A DNA stretch of 64,000 bases. Origin: an uncultured bacterium. GTDB taxonomy: Bacteria > Krumholzibacteriota > Krumholzibacteriia > JACNKJ01. The position numbers and the translations under genes are program-made. Of the stretch, positions 1-8,871 are shown in pieces; positions within the stretch are counted from its first letter, which is position 1, and every line of letters begins with the position of its first letter. The stretch lies in contig CAZVHI010000007.1 in NCBI GenBank assembly GCA_964627205.1, forward strand, positions 7,412 to 71,411, read 5' to 3'. The notes below the pieces were generated by a model, which searched no databases, was not told where the DNA came from, and saw only the letters and a list, made by a program, of their open reading frames with translations.

Positions 1-418
1 CGTCGACTACTACGAGGTCATGACGATTCAGGTCTGGGAGATGACCGGCGGCACCATTGGCATCTACGAGGATCCGGGCTTCGACCTGGATTACGGCGTC
101 GATCCGGCGACGGGAATCGCCACCGCAACGAACGGCACCCCGGCCCTGACGGGCACGGTCACCGATGCCGCCATGATGTTTGACACCAATACGCAGACCG
201 GCACCTTCACGGGCAATATGCTGTTCAGTGGCGGCTCGCGTTACGCCGACCTGGGTGTTCTGGGGGATGTGGATTGGCACCTCTTCGACGGCGCCAGCGC
301 CAACGATCAAGTCAACGTGCCCCCCGGCTACCACACGCGCTTCGTCGGCCGCATGTTCACGGACGACATCGTCGCCACGGAGGAGACCAGCTTCAGCAAG
401 ATCCGGTCGCTCTACTAG
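1..418 (+). CDS. 5'-truncated hypothetical, probably secreted, protein ending in a short C-terminal tail (VATEETSFSKIRSLY)
   Basis: Frame is open from the window edge (gtc gac tac tac gag gtc atg...) to TAG at 416-418. The sequence is G/T/D-rich and beta-strand-like, and a terminator hairpin follows. Confidence 0.75.
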   Translation, partial: VDYYEVMTIQVWEMTGGTIGIYEDPGFDLDYGVDPATGIATATNGTPALTGTVTDAAMMFDTNTQTGTFTGNMLFSGGSRYADLGVLGDVDWHLFDGASANDQVNVPPGYHTRFVGRMFTDDIVATEETSFSKIRSLY

Positions 419-477
419 CCCGGATCCATCGTGCATCGCGACGACGATCGCGGCCGAGCCCATGGTCAAGATCTTCC

Positions 478-517
478 GAGAAGAGAGCCCCCTTCATCCG
501 AAGGGGGCTCTTTCTCA
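478..517. terminator. Intrinsic, probably bidirectional, terminator between convergent genes
   Basis: 12-bp stem AGAGCCCCCTTC (484-495) / GAAGGGGGCTCT (500-511) with a 4-nt loop, flanked by A/G-rich and TTTCTC tracts. Confidence 0.8.
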
Positions 518-575
518 AGTCAGGTTGATTGACGCCGGAACCTGCGCCGCTTCGCCGGCGCGCTTCGATCCGCCC

Positions 576-3296
576 TCAGTGCGTGCGCCGGATCACGAGC
601 ACGCCCATCTCCGCGAAGTCCGAACCGCTGAAGCTCAGCGTGGCCGTTCCCCCGGGCGGCGGCGACTGCCCGTTCGCCACGTCGATGTGCAGATAGTCGA
701 GTCCCGTCGGCGCCAGGGAGCCGTTCATGATCGGGTCGTGGAAGTGGAGCGTCGGGATGCTGAGCGACTCGCTCCCACCCTGCGGCGGGAAATCCGTCCG
801 CAGGTTGTGGCTCGTGAAGCGGTAGGCCGGGCCCAGGTCCTCCGGCGTCCCGTCACCGTCCAGGTCGCGGTCGTCCAGGTAGATGGCTGCCGCCCAGTCC
901 TTGAAGACCTGATCGAAGTCGAGGCCCGCGCCTGCAATGGCCTGCGCCACGTTGGCCGGACCGGCCTCCGGTCCGCCGATCAGGTCCAGGCTGGTCCCGT
1001 TCCAGCGGTCCTCCAGGTATCGGCAAAACAGGTAGGACGCGCCCCGCTCGGCCAGGTTCGCGGGCCCCTGGACGAGGCTCGTGAGGCTGGGGCCGTCACC
1101 GTGCAGGTAGAGCTTCACGCGCGCCGTGTTCTGATCGTCGTAGCCGCAGAAGCCCTCGGCCAGGTGGCTGAGGCCCTCGTTGAGCCAGAGCTCCTCCTGG
1201 GGCGTGTTGAGGTTCCCCTGGATCAGGTGGCGCTGGCCCATGTTGATCATGTGCTGGAACTCGTGGGCGAGGATGGACTTGATCGCCGCCACCGTGGCCA
1301 GGACGGGGTGATGGATCGGGCTCCACTGCCCCGTCGGGTCGGGCACGATGGCGTAGAAGATCTCGCCGTGGTTGCTGATGCCGGGCGTCGACCACCAGAC
1401 GTCCAGGTCCGCCGGGTTGAAGAAGCCGCCGATGTACCAGCTCCCGTCGCTCGTGCTGGAGAGTGCGTTGACGACGGGGCTGAGCAGCACCATCACCTTG
1501 CCGTTGGAATCGATGTCCGTCTCCGCACCGAAGTGCATGACGTCGGTGTCGTGGTCCACGTCGTCGAAGCGAGCGCCGATCTCGTCGATCCTCGCCTGCG
1601 GGAGGTTGGCCTCCGGCGTATCGACGTCCACGTAGATCAGGGTGTGCTGTCCGGTGTAGCGTAGGTTCGCCGTGACGCTGGTGTAGGCGCCCGGGTCGCT
1701 CACCGAGGCGTAGGGGTCGTTCAGGCAGAGGAAGGTCTCCCGCGCGGAGATCCCCCCACCGCGCGTCGCCGGCAGCGCCAGCGGCGGCGGCCCAGACGGG
1801 CGCGGGCTGAGCAAGCGGCGATGGAAGGCCTCCGCCGGGTTCTCCTCGCGCAGAGGCGAGCTGGGCGTGGGCAGCGCTCCCGCCCCGATGCTGTAGCTGT
1901 AGTAGGAGTATTCGTAGGGATATTCGGGCTCCCAGTACTTGCTGCTGTAAGGGATGAGCGCGTAGCTGCTGCTCGCGCTGGGCACGACGATCTCCACGTC
2001 CGTCCCCGCCGAGCCGAAGCTGTAGTCCACCACCTCGCCCAGGGGCAGGGCGATCTCAACCGGGAAGGTCTCTGGCGCCGCCTGCTGTCCCACGCTCAGC
2101 GACAGCGTGTAGAGCCCCGCCCCCGTGCCCGCAGGGATCCGGGCTTTCAGGTGGTCCTCCTCGGCCTGCACGACCTCCAGCTCCACCACGTCCGCCACGA
2201 CTCCCGTCAGGACGAGGCTGTTGTACTGATCCGTCTCGCAGAAGTTGTCACCGTAGACATCCAGGAGCTCGAGGGGGTCAAGCACGGCGGGATCCGGGTT
2301 GATGTTCGTGATCGTCGGCTGGTCGTCCGCCTCTGCGCTGGCCACCGCATCTGCCAGTCCGGCCGACTGCGCGAGCAAGCTCTGCACGCCGTTCGCGGGG
2401 CCGAGGGTCCAATGGCAGACGAGCAGGCCGCCCGAGTCCGAATCGCCGCCGCCAGGTGTGGTGGAGCCACCGTGTGCGCTAGCATCGAGGGTGATCGCCA
2501 CGCCTGTCACACCGTTGCCGTAAGCGTCCTGGACCTGAACGACGAGCGGGACCAGCAGCGTGTTGCCGGGGCCGTCCTTCTGGCCGCTGCCTTCGATCCA
2601 GACCAGGGCGGCGGGAGGACCCGCTTCCGCCGTCGCGCTCAGGGTCTCGACCGTGTCGAAGCTCAGCTCCGTGCCCGCGGGCTCGACGATCAGCTCGCCT
2701 GCCGTCTCCCCGAGCGTGAGTTCCGTAGACACCTCGCCGGAAGCGTCGCTCGTGGCTTCGGCGGGCGAGAACTCGCCCTCGCCCGCACTGAGGAGGAATT
2801 CGACGCCGATGCCTTCGACCGGGTCGCCGAAGCCGTCCTCGACGCGGAAGACGAGTAGCAGCGGCAGGGCGTTCGTCACCACGCCCGTCTGCCCACCGCC
2901 GCCGATCGCGCGGAGGGTGAAGGGCGCGCCGGAGGTGACATAGGAGGTCGTGCTGCGGTTGCCCGCCGCATCGATGGCCGATACGCCGAAGCGGTCGAAG
3001 TAGCCGCCCTCGATCTGCACGGAGAAGGAGCCGTTCCCGGCAGCCGAGCCCGTGACGATCTCGTCCACGCCGGGATTCTGATTGTAGACCTCCACCGTGG
3101 CGTCGCCCTCCACGGCGCCGGTCTCGCCGGAGACCGTGACCTTGCCCTGGGCGTCGGGCCCGGAGGCGCGAAGCAGGGAAGCGACCGGCGGGTTCGGCGG
3201 GATGATGTCAACGATCGTATCCTCGCTGCAGCCCACGGCCAGCAGCAGGAGAAGCGGGAGGATCTGCGCGGACAGTGCGCGGGCGAGCTTGGACAC
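576..3296 (-). CDS. Lipoprotein zinc metallopeptidase (Ig-like/Big and IPT-like domains plus a gluzincin-type HEXXH domain, M30/M6-like)
   Basis: GTG start at 3296 behind AAGGAAGG. Lipobox LLLAVGC. Ig-like segments (VSAIDAAGNRS; VQVQDAYGN), HEFQH and downstream NEGLSH zinc-ligand motifs, and a DxDxDG Ca-binding loop. Confidence 0.8.
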   Translation of the reverse strand: MSKLARALSAQILPLLLLLAVGCSEDTIVDIIPPNPPVASLLRASGPDAQGKVTVSGETGAVEGDATVEVYNQNPGVDEIVTGSAAGNGSFSVQIEGGYFDRFGVSAIDAAGNRSTTSYVTSGAPFTLRAIGGGGQTGVVTNALPLLLVFRVEDGFGDPVEGIGVEFLLSAGEGEFSPAEATSDASGEVSTELTLGETAGELIVEPAGTELSFDTVETLSATAEAGPPAALVWIEGSGQKDGPGNTLLVPLVVQVQDAYGNGVTGVAITLDASAHGGSTTPGGGDSDSGGLLVCHWTLGPANGVQSLLAQSAGLADAVASAEADDQPTITNINPDPAVLDPLELLDVYGDNFCETDQYNSLVLTGVVADVVELEVVQAEEDHLKARIPAGTGAGLYTLSLSVGQQAAPETFPVEIALPLGEVVDYSFGSAGTDVEIVVPSASSSYALIPYSSKYWEPEYPYEYSYYSYSIGAGALPTPSSPLREENPAEAFHRRLLSPRPSGPPPLALPATRGGGISARETFLCLNDPYASVSDPGAYTSVTANLRYTGQHTLIYVDVDTPEANLPQARIDEIGARFDDVDHDTDVMHFGAETDIDSNGKVMVLLSPVVNALSSTSDGSWYIGGFFNPADLDVWWSTPGISNHGEIFYAIVPDPTGQWSPIHHPVLATVAAIKSILAHEFQHMINMGQRHLIQGNLNTPQEELWLNEGLSHLAEGFCGYDDQNTARVKLYLHGDGPSLTSLVQGPANLAERGASYLFCRYLEDRWNGTSLDLIGGPEAGPANVAQAIAGAGLDFDQVFKDWAAAIYLDDRDLDGDGTPEDLGPAYRFTSHNLRTDFPPQGGSESLSIPTLHFHDPIMNGSLAPTGLDYLHIDVANGQSPPPGGTATLSFSGSDFAEMGVLVIRRTH

Positions 3297-3298
3297 GG

Positions 3299-4804
3299 CT
3301 ACCTTCCTTGCCACTCGGGATGAATCCAGGAGGGTCTTCCTCCGAGGACGGTAAGGGCCACGGCGGGCCTCTCTAAGAAGTTTTCGGCCACTGGATCTCC
3401 CGACACAAGGCAAAAGTCCGCCGCTTCGCCCTCCTCGACGCGCCCTCGCCGCCCCGCCTGTCCCGCGGCCGCCGCCGCGTCGCCCGTGACCGCAGCCAGG
3501 GCGGCGCTTGGGTCGTCGATATCCTCTCCGAAGACCTCGGGATCGACAGCCGCGCGTAGCGCTGGCCAGAGCTGGGCCGGCATGCCGTCGGTCCCGTAGG
3601 CGAGCGTGGCTCCCGCCCGGCGAATCTTACCCGGCCCGGCAAATCGTTCCCGCCACCCCACACCCAGGCGCTGCTCGTAGAGTCCGCCCGGCCTGCCCCA
3701 GCGCTCCATGAAGTTCGGCTGCAGGCACGCCGCGGTGCCGAGGGCGGCGCAGCGCTGGAGGGCGCCGGAACTCGCGGTCTCGAGGTGCTCGAGGCGCGCC
3801 CTGCCCGGGGGTGGCCGCAGGTCTTCCAGGCAACAGACGGCCTGTTCGATGGCGCGCTCGCCAATGGCGTGCAGGGCGACCATCCAGCCGCCGGCCAGCA
3901 CCTCGGCGACCGCGCCTCTCAACTCCCCGTCGTCGAGGAGGAGCTGCCCGCTCCCGCCGCCTGAGTAGGCGGGCGCGACGGCGGCCGTCCGGCCACCGAT
4001 GGAGCCATCCAGGAAGAACTTCCGCCCGAGCGGGCGCGCGGGGCCGCCGGCGGGCGAGGGAAGCTCGGAGACGGGGCCCGCGTGGAAGTAGTCCACGCGT
4101 AGCGGAAAGTCGTCCGGGAGAGCCGCAGCCTTTTCTGGCAGGGAATCGCTGCCCATCTCCGTGATCGCGGTCAGCCCCTCCGCGGCCAGGCGCTCCGCCA
4201 CGGCCCGCAGCTCGCGCCGCAGGGCCTCGGGCTCGGGCGGGAAGAGCCGCGCGAGCGGGGCCACGGCACCCTCGCGGGCCAGGCCCGTGACGGGATCGAG
4301 ATCCAGCTCGTTTTCTCCCCCGGCAAGGAGCTTCAGCGTCGCGCCGCTGACGACCGCGACGTGCCCGCAGACGCGGATCAGGCAGACCGGACGGCCGGGC
4401 AGCCAGGTGTCGAGCTCCCGCCGGGTGGGCGGGCGCGGGTCGTCCCACTCGCTCTCGTCCCAGTCCACGGCAAGCAGCGGCGCCCCCGGGTCGGCGGCCG
4501 CGAGCCGCTCTTCCAGCTCCCCGCGCCGGCGGATGCCCCCCAGGTTGACGCGGAGGCCGCGACGGGCCTCGTGCCAGAGGTGGAAGTGCGCGTCGCAGAG
4601 GCCGGGAAGCAGGGTCCAACCATCCAGGGCGATGCGCGGCAAGTCCGTATCCGGAGCGAGGGTGAAGCGCCCCCCCCTCAGACCGAGCGGGGCGCTGCGC
4701 GCCGGGCCGCCGCTGCCGTCGTGGAAACGGAGGCCCTCGAGGCGGCAGGGCGCAGCCGGCGAGACGCGGAGCAGGGCGATCAGCGGCGCGAGGGATGCGG
4801 GCAT
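3299..4804 (-). CDS. Amidohydrolase family 3 (YtcJ-like) protein
   Basis: LPGLCDAHFH metal motif, KFFLDGSIGGRTAA, LHAIGERA, RLEHLE, GTDGMP. Confidence 0.88.
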   Translation of the reverse strand: MPASLAPLIALLRVSPAAPCRLEGLRFHDGSGGPARSAPLGLRGGRFTLAPDTDLPRIALDGWTLLPGLCDAHFHLWHEARRGLRVNLGGIRRRGELEERLAAADPGAPLLAVDWDESEWDDPRPPTRRELDTWLPGRPVCLIRVCGHVAVVSGATLKLLAGGENELDLDPVTGLAREGAVAPLARLFPPEPEALRRELRAVAERLAAEGLTAITEMGSDSLPEKAAALPDDFPLRVDYFHAGPVSELPSPAGGPARPLGRKFFLDGSIGGRTAAVAPAYSGGGSGQLLLDDGELRGAVAEVLAGGWMVALHAIGERAIEQAVCCLEDLRPPPGRARLEHLETASSGALQRCAALGTAACLQPNFMERWGRPGGLYEQRLGVGWRERFAGPGKIRRAGATLAYGTDGMPAQLWPALRAAVDPEVFGEDIDDPSAALAAVTGDAAAAAGQAGRRGRVEEGEAADFCLVSGDPVAENFLERPAVALTVLGGRPSWIHPEWQGR

Positions 4805-4827
4805 GGGGTCTCCGGCGATAGGCGGGC

Positions 4828-4857
4828 TTGAAGTTCTTGGCTCTGTCGACTTATAAA
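4828..4857 (+). promoter_or_regulatory. Candidate sigma70 promoter for the tonB-like gene
   Basis: TTGAAG (4828-33), N18, TATAAA (4852-57); ATG lies 9 nt downstream. Confidence 0.45.
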
Positions 4858-4866
4858 TCTCCTGTC

Positions 4867-5580
4867 ATGACGCCGCAAGTGAATGACGATATCCGCCGCC
4901 GTAGACCAAGCCGCTGGCGCTGGCTCCCATCGCTGGCGCTGGGCCTCCTGCTCTTCGTCTACGTCCTGCTCGACCTCCTCCCTCGCTTCGTCGGCGGTCT
5001 GCTCGGCCGCGACGAGGACCGTCCCGGTGGCTGGTCCGGGATCGAGGGCGAGAGCATGGAGATCGTCTGGGATCCCGGCGAGGAGCGGGACGAGGAGCAG
5101 CAGGAGGACCCGGAGGAGAGCCCGGAGGAGACTCCCCCGCCGGATGCGGAAGATCTCCTCGCGGAGGATCTGGGCGAGGAAAGCGAAGCGGCTCCCGCGA
5201 AACCGGTCGATCGTGGCGGCGAGAGGCCAGCGCCCGGCGAACCGGAGCCCGCGCCGAAACCGAGCACGGGCAGCCCGGGCAGCGGCCCCGAACGCGGAGA
5301 GGGCCGGCGCTCCCCCCGCATTCTCTCCCAGGCCTGGGTCCGCCAGGACCTGCTGGCGGAGCTCGATCGCTCGGGCAGCTACCGGTTCCGGTTGCGGGTG
5401 GAGGCCGACGGGCGCGTGTCGCGCTGGGAGCTGCTCTCCGGCTTCGACTGCGAGCCCTGCCTCGCCGAGGCCGAGCGCATCATACGCTCCCTGCGCTTCG
5501 CCCCCGGCACGCTGAAGGGCAAGGCCGTCGCCTGCTGGGTCCCCTACCAGATCGAGTTCCAAGGAGGACGCGACCGGTGA
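4867..5580 (+). CDS. Energy transducer TonB family protein (N-terminal TM, acidic/Pro-rich linker, TonB_C domain)
   Basis: TM LALGLLLFVYVLL; E/P-rich linker; C-terminal YRFRLRVEADGRV...AERIIRSLRFAPGTLKGKAVACWVPYQIEF fits the TonB_C pattern. Confidence 0.75.
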   Translation: MTPQVNDDIRRRRPSRWRWLPSLALGLLLFVYVLLDLLPRFVGGLLGRDEDRPGGWSGIEGESMEIVWDPGEERDEEQQEDPEESPEETPPPDAEDLLAEDLGEESEAAPAKPVDRGGERPAPGEPEPAPKPSTGSPGSGPERGEGRRSPRILSQAWVRQDLLAELDRSGSYRFRLRVEADGRVSRWELLSGFDCEPCLAEAERIIRSLRFAPGTLKGKAVACWVPYQIEFQGGRDR

Positions 5581-6752
5581 GGCATTCGCTCGCGACGATC
5601 CAGGCCGCCCTGCGCGCAGAGGGCCTGGCGGGCTGGCTGCTCTACGACTTCCGGGGCTCCAACCCCATCGCCCTGTCCCTGCTGGCACCGAGCGGCCCCC
5701 CCATGCTGACGCGGCGCTTCCTCTACTGGATTCCCGTGGGCGGCGAGCCCTTGCGCTTCCAGTCCGTCGTGGAGGGTCATCTCTTCGCCGACCTGCCCGG
5801 CGGCAGGAGGCTCTTCCGAAGCTGGCGCGAGCTGGAGCGGCTGCTCCGGGACGCACTACCGGCAGGCCCTCCGATCGCCGTGGAGTACTCCCCCTCCGGC
5901 GCTCTGCCCACGGTGTCCCACATGGACGCTGGCAGCATGGAGTGGCTGCGGGGGATGGGGCTCACGCTCGTCTCCTCGGCGGACCTCGTGCAGCGCGTGG
6001 AGGCGCCCTGGGACGAGGAGGCGCTGGCCAGCCATCGACAGGCGTGCCGAGCCGTGGAGGCGCTGCGGCGAGAGGCCGTCGGCACGCTGCGCGAGGCGCT
6101 GGCGGCAGGACGCCCGCTCCTCGACACGGAGCTGCAGGCTCGGCTCATCGCGGGGATGCGTGAGGCGGGCCTGACGAGCGATCATCCTCCCATCGTCGCC
6201 TTCGGTCCGGACAGCGGCAACCCGCACCACTCGCCGGATCCCGCCCAGCCGCGCGCGCTGGCGCCGGGGCAGGTGGTCCTCCTGGACATCTGGGGCAAGC
6301 GGGCCCACGAGAACGCGGTCTACGCCGACTACACCTGGATGGCCTTCGCCGGCGACGCACTGCCCGAGGCGGAAAGTCGAGTCTGGGAGGCCGTGCGCGG
6401 AGCGAGGGACGCTCTCATCGACTGGCTCCGCGCGCGCATCGCCGCGGGCGAGGCACCGCGCGGCTGCGACGCGGATCGGATCGCGCGCGATCACATCGCC
6501 GCGGCCGGCTTCGGAGACTTCTTCCTCCACCGCACGGGGCACAACCTGGGACGCGAGGATCACGGCCCGGGCGTGAACCTCGACGACCTGGAGGCCAGGG
6601 ACGAAAGGCGCATCGTCGACGGAATGGCCTTCTCGATCGAGCCGGGGATCTACCTGGAAAGCTTCGGCATGCGGACGGAAGTGAACGCTCTGCGCTGGCG
6701 CGGAGAACTGCTGATTACCGGAGAGCTTCAGAAAAGTCCCGAGCTTCTCTGA
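5577..6752 (+). CDS. Xaa-Pro aminopeptidase, M24 family
   Basis: GTGA overlap with the upstream stop. LLDIWGK...YADYT, HRTGHNLG, FSIEPGIY and GMRTEVN metal-ligand motifs. Confidence 0.9.
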   Translation: MRHSLATIQAALRAEGLAGWLLYDFRGSNPIALSLLAPSGPPMLTRRFLYWIPVGGEPLRFQSVVEGHLFADLPGGRRLFRSWRELERLLRDALPAGPPIAVEYSPSGALPTVSHMDAGSMEWLRGMGLTLVSSADLVQRVEAPWDEEALASHRQACRAVEALRREAVGTLREALAAGRPLLDTELQARLIAGMREAGLTSDHPPIVAFGPDSGNPHHSPDPAQPRALAPGQVVLLDIWGKRAHENAVYADYTWMAFAGDALPEAESRVWEAVRGARDALIDWLRARIAAGEAPRGCDADRIARDHIAAAGFGDFFLHRTGHNLGREDHGPGVNLDDLEARDERRIVDGMAFSIEPGIYLESFGMRTEVNALRWRGELLITGELQKSPELL

Positions 6753-8067
6753 GCTCCGGCGGCTCCTCATCACGCGCGACGGGTACCGTGAAGGAGAAGG
6801 TCGAGCCGACACCCGGCTCGCTGCTCACCCAGAGCCTCCCGCCCATCGCCTCCGTGAACTTCTTGGCGAGAGCAAGTCCCAGCCCCGCGCCGCCGTGCTC
6901 GCGCGTGCTGGAGTTGTCGATCTGGTAGAACTTCTGGAAGATTCGATCCTGCTCGTCCTCGGAGATCCCCAGTCCCTCGTCCTTCACATTGATTCGCAGG
7001 AAGTCCGTGGTGTCACTCCGACGGCGGCCCTTGATGAAGAGCCAGTCGAGAACCACCTGCTGCTCCGGTGGGGAGAATTTGAGGGCGTTGGCGAGCAGGT
7101 GCTCCAGCACGCGCTGGAAGTGACGTCCGTCCACCCGCACGCGCAGCGAGGGCACGTCCTCGGGCAGGACGATGCGCGCGGCCTGCTCTTGCTGGGCGAG
7201 CCAACCATCGCGGAACTCCTGCATCATGAGCGGCAGGTCGAGGTCCTGGATCTCCAGAGCATCCTCCACCGAGGCCAGGCTCGACATGACGAGGACCTCG
7301 TTGATCAGGCGGTCGAGCTGGAGGGCGGAGTGGTGAATGGACTGCAGGAACTCCGGCAGCGGCGGGATGGTGTCGAGTCGCGGCTGGGCGAGCGCCAGGC
7401 TGGTGAAACCGAGGATGCTTGTCAGGGGCGTCTTCAGCTCGTGGCTCACGGTGTCCATGAAGCTGCTCTTGAGCGACTCGAGCTCTTCCAGTTCCCGCTC
7501 CACACTGACGAGCCGGCGCTTGTTCACGAGACGCTCGACGACGAGAACGAGCAGACCCGACTGGTAGAGCAGCCATTCCCGTCCCGCATCCCCCGGATCT
7601 TCACCCTCCGGCCATGCCAGCATCAGGGCGCCGAGAAGATCCTGCCGCGAATCGCGAAGGGGCAGAGCCCAGATCGACTGACCGGGGCCCAGCTCCTTCT
7701 CGAGCCCGTTCTCGAGACAGGTCGGCGAGAACTCCTTGAGCTCCCGGATCTCGTCCTGAACGGGATGGTCGCCCGGCCAGTGCCTCTCCTCCTGTTGGGG
7801 GAGCAGGTAGATCCGCCAATCACGGGACTCCGCGGGACAGAGGGCCAACAGGCCCCTCCCCTCCGGCAGGAATGATTCCATGGTGGAAGCGAGCCACCCC
7901 GCCAGCCCCGAATCGTCAGCGACCTGGAGCAGCGCCATGAGGCTGCTTTGGAAGGACGGGTCGAGTGACGGCCTGCGATCACGGGTCTCGAGCAAAGCAA
8001 GGCTCCCTGAATCTTCCCGAGGAGTCTCCGGCGTGACTTCGGGTGTTTGGCGAGAGAATCTTTGCAA
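6715..8067 (-). CDS. Cytoplasmic sensor histidine kinase (GAF-like N-terminus, HisKA, HATPase_c); start uncertain
   Basis: H-box VSHELKTPLTSI, N-box LLANALKFS, G1 VKDEGLGI, F-box IFQKFYQ, G2 GAGLGL. No TM segment and no adjacent response regulator. Confidence 0.88.
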   Translation of the reverse strand: MQRFSRQTPEVTPETPREDSGSLALLETRDRRPSLDPSFQSSLMALLQVADDSGLAGWLASTMESFLPEGRGLLALCPAESRDWRIYLLPQQEERHWPGDHPVQDEIRELKEFSPTCLENGLEKELGPGQSIWALPLRDSRQDLLGALMLAWPEGEDPGDAGREWLLYQSGLLVLVVERLVNKRRLVSVERELEELESLKSSFMDTVSHELKTPLTSILGFTSLALAQPRLDTIPPLPEFLQSIHHSALQLDRLINEVLVMSSLASVEDALEIQDLDLPLMMQEFRDGWLAQQEQAARIVLPEDVPSLRVRVDGRHFQRVLEHLLANALKFSPPEQQVVLDWLFIKGRRRSDTTDFLRINVKDEGLGISEDEQDRIFQKFYQIDNSSTREHGGAGLGLALAKKFTEAMGGRLWVSSEPGVGSTFSFTVPVARDEEPPELREARDFSEALR

Positions 8068-8156
8068 GTAACTGTATTTACATGAGATGAGCGGGATTTC
8101 TCGCCATAGAGCGATCCCCTGTCACAGTTGCAACTCTCATTCCAGAATAGGGGAAT

Positions 8157-8768
8157 TCAGGGGGTCTTCCCGCTTTCCAGGCGCGCGGCGGCCTGGAGGG
8201 AGCTGATGTAGCGGAAGGCGGAGAGGTAGGACAGGAGGAGGATCAGGCCGAGGGCTAGGAGCAGCGTGGGCAGGAAGGCGGCGTCGGGGGGACGCCGGTC
8301 CGGCCGGAGGCTCAGCCAGAGGAGGAAGCCATTCCCGAAGAGGCTCTGGAAGAGCATCTTCCACTTCCCGAGCTTCCCCGCCGGGAGGGTGATATCGTGG
8401 CGCTGCTGGAAATGGCCTCTCACCCACGTCATCCCCCACTCGCGTAGGAGGAGCAGGATCACCATGATCAGGACCCAGGTGTTGCCGAGAAAGAGCGCGA
8501 GTGCGAGGTAGATCACCGTGTTCAGCACCTTGTCCGCGAGCGGATCGAGATGCTCTCCCAGGCGAGAGACCTGTCCCATGCGCCGCGCGAACCAGCCATC
8601 GAGGAGATCCAGCAGGCCCGCCGACACGCAGAGGACGATGGGCAGAAGCGTTGGCCCCGTGAGGAGGAACAGGACCGCAGCCACCAGTGCCATGCAGAGG
8701 CGGGCGGCGCTCAGGGCGTTCGGAAGGGTCCGAATCCTGTGATAGTGTTGGCGGCGTGTGGGATTCAC
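8157..8768 (-). CDS. pgsA: CDP-alcohol phosphatidyltransferase (PgsA-like)
   Basis: LPNALSAAR and the signature DLLDGWFARRMGQVSRLGEHLDPLADK; LGKWKMLFQ. Confidence 0.85.
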   Translation of the reverse strand: MNPTRRQHYHRIRTLPNALSAARLCMALVAAVLFLLTGPTLLPIVLCVSAGLLDLLDGWFARRMGQVSRLGEHLDPLADKVLNTVIYLALALFLGNTWVLIMVILLLLREWGMTWVRGHFQQRHDITLPAGKLGKWKMLFQSLFGNGFLLWLSLRPDRRPPDAAFLPTLLLALGLILLLSYLSAFRYISSLQAAARLESGKTP

Positions 8769-8871
8769 CCGGTCAGCCTAGCACGGCGCCGGCGGGCGGG
8801 CAAGGACATCGAGCGGCGGAATTCGTCCCTCGCCGCCGGCATGGCGGGCTTGGCAGGCTGATGGCAGCCTG

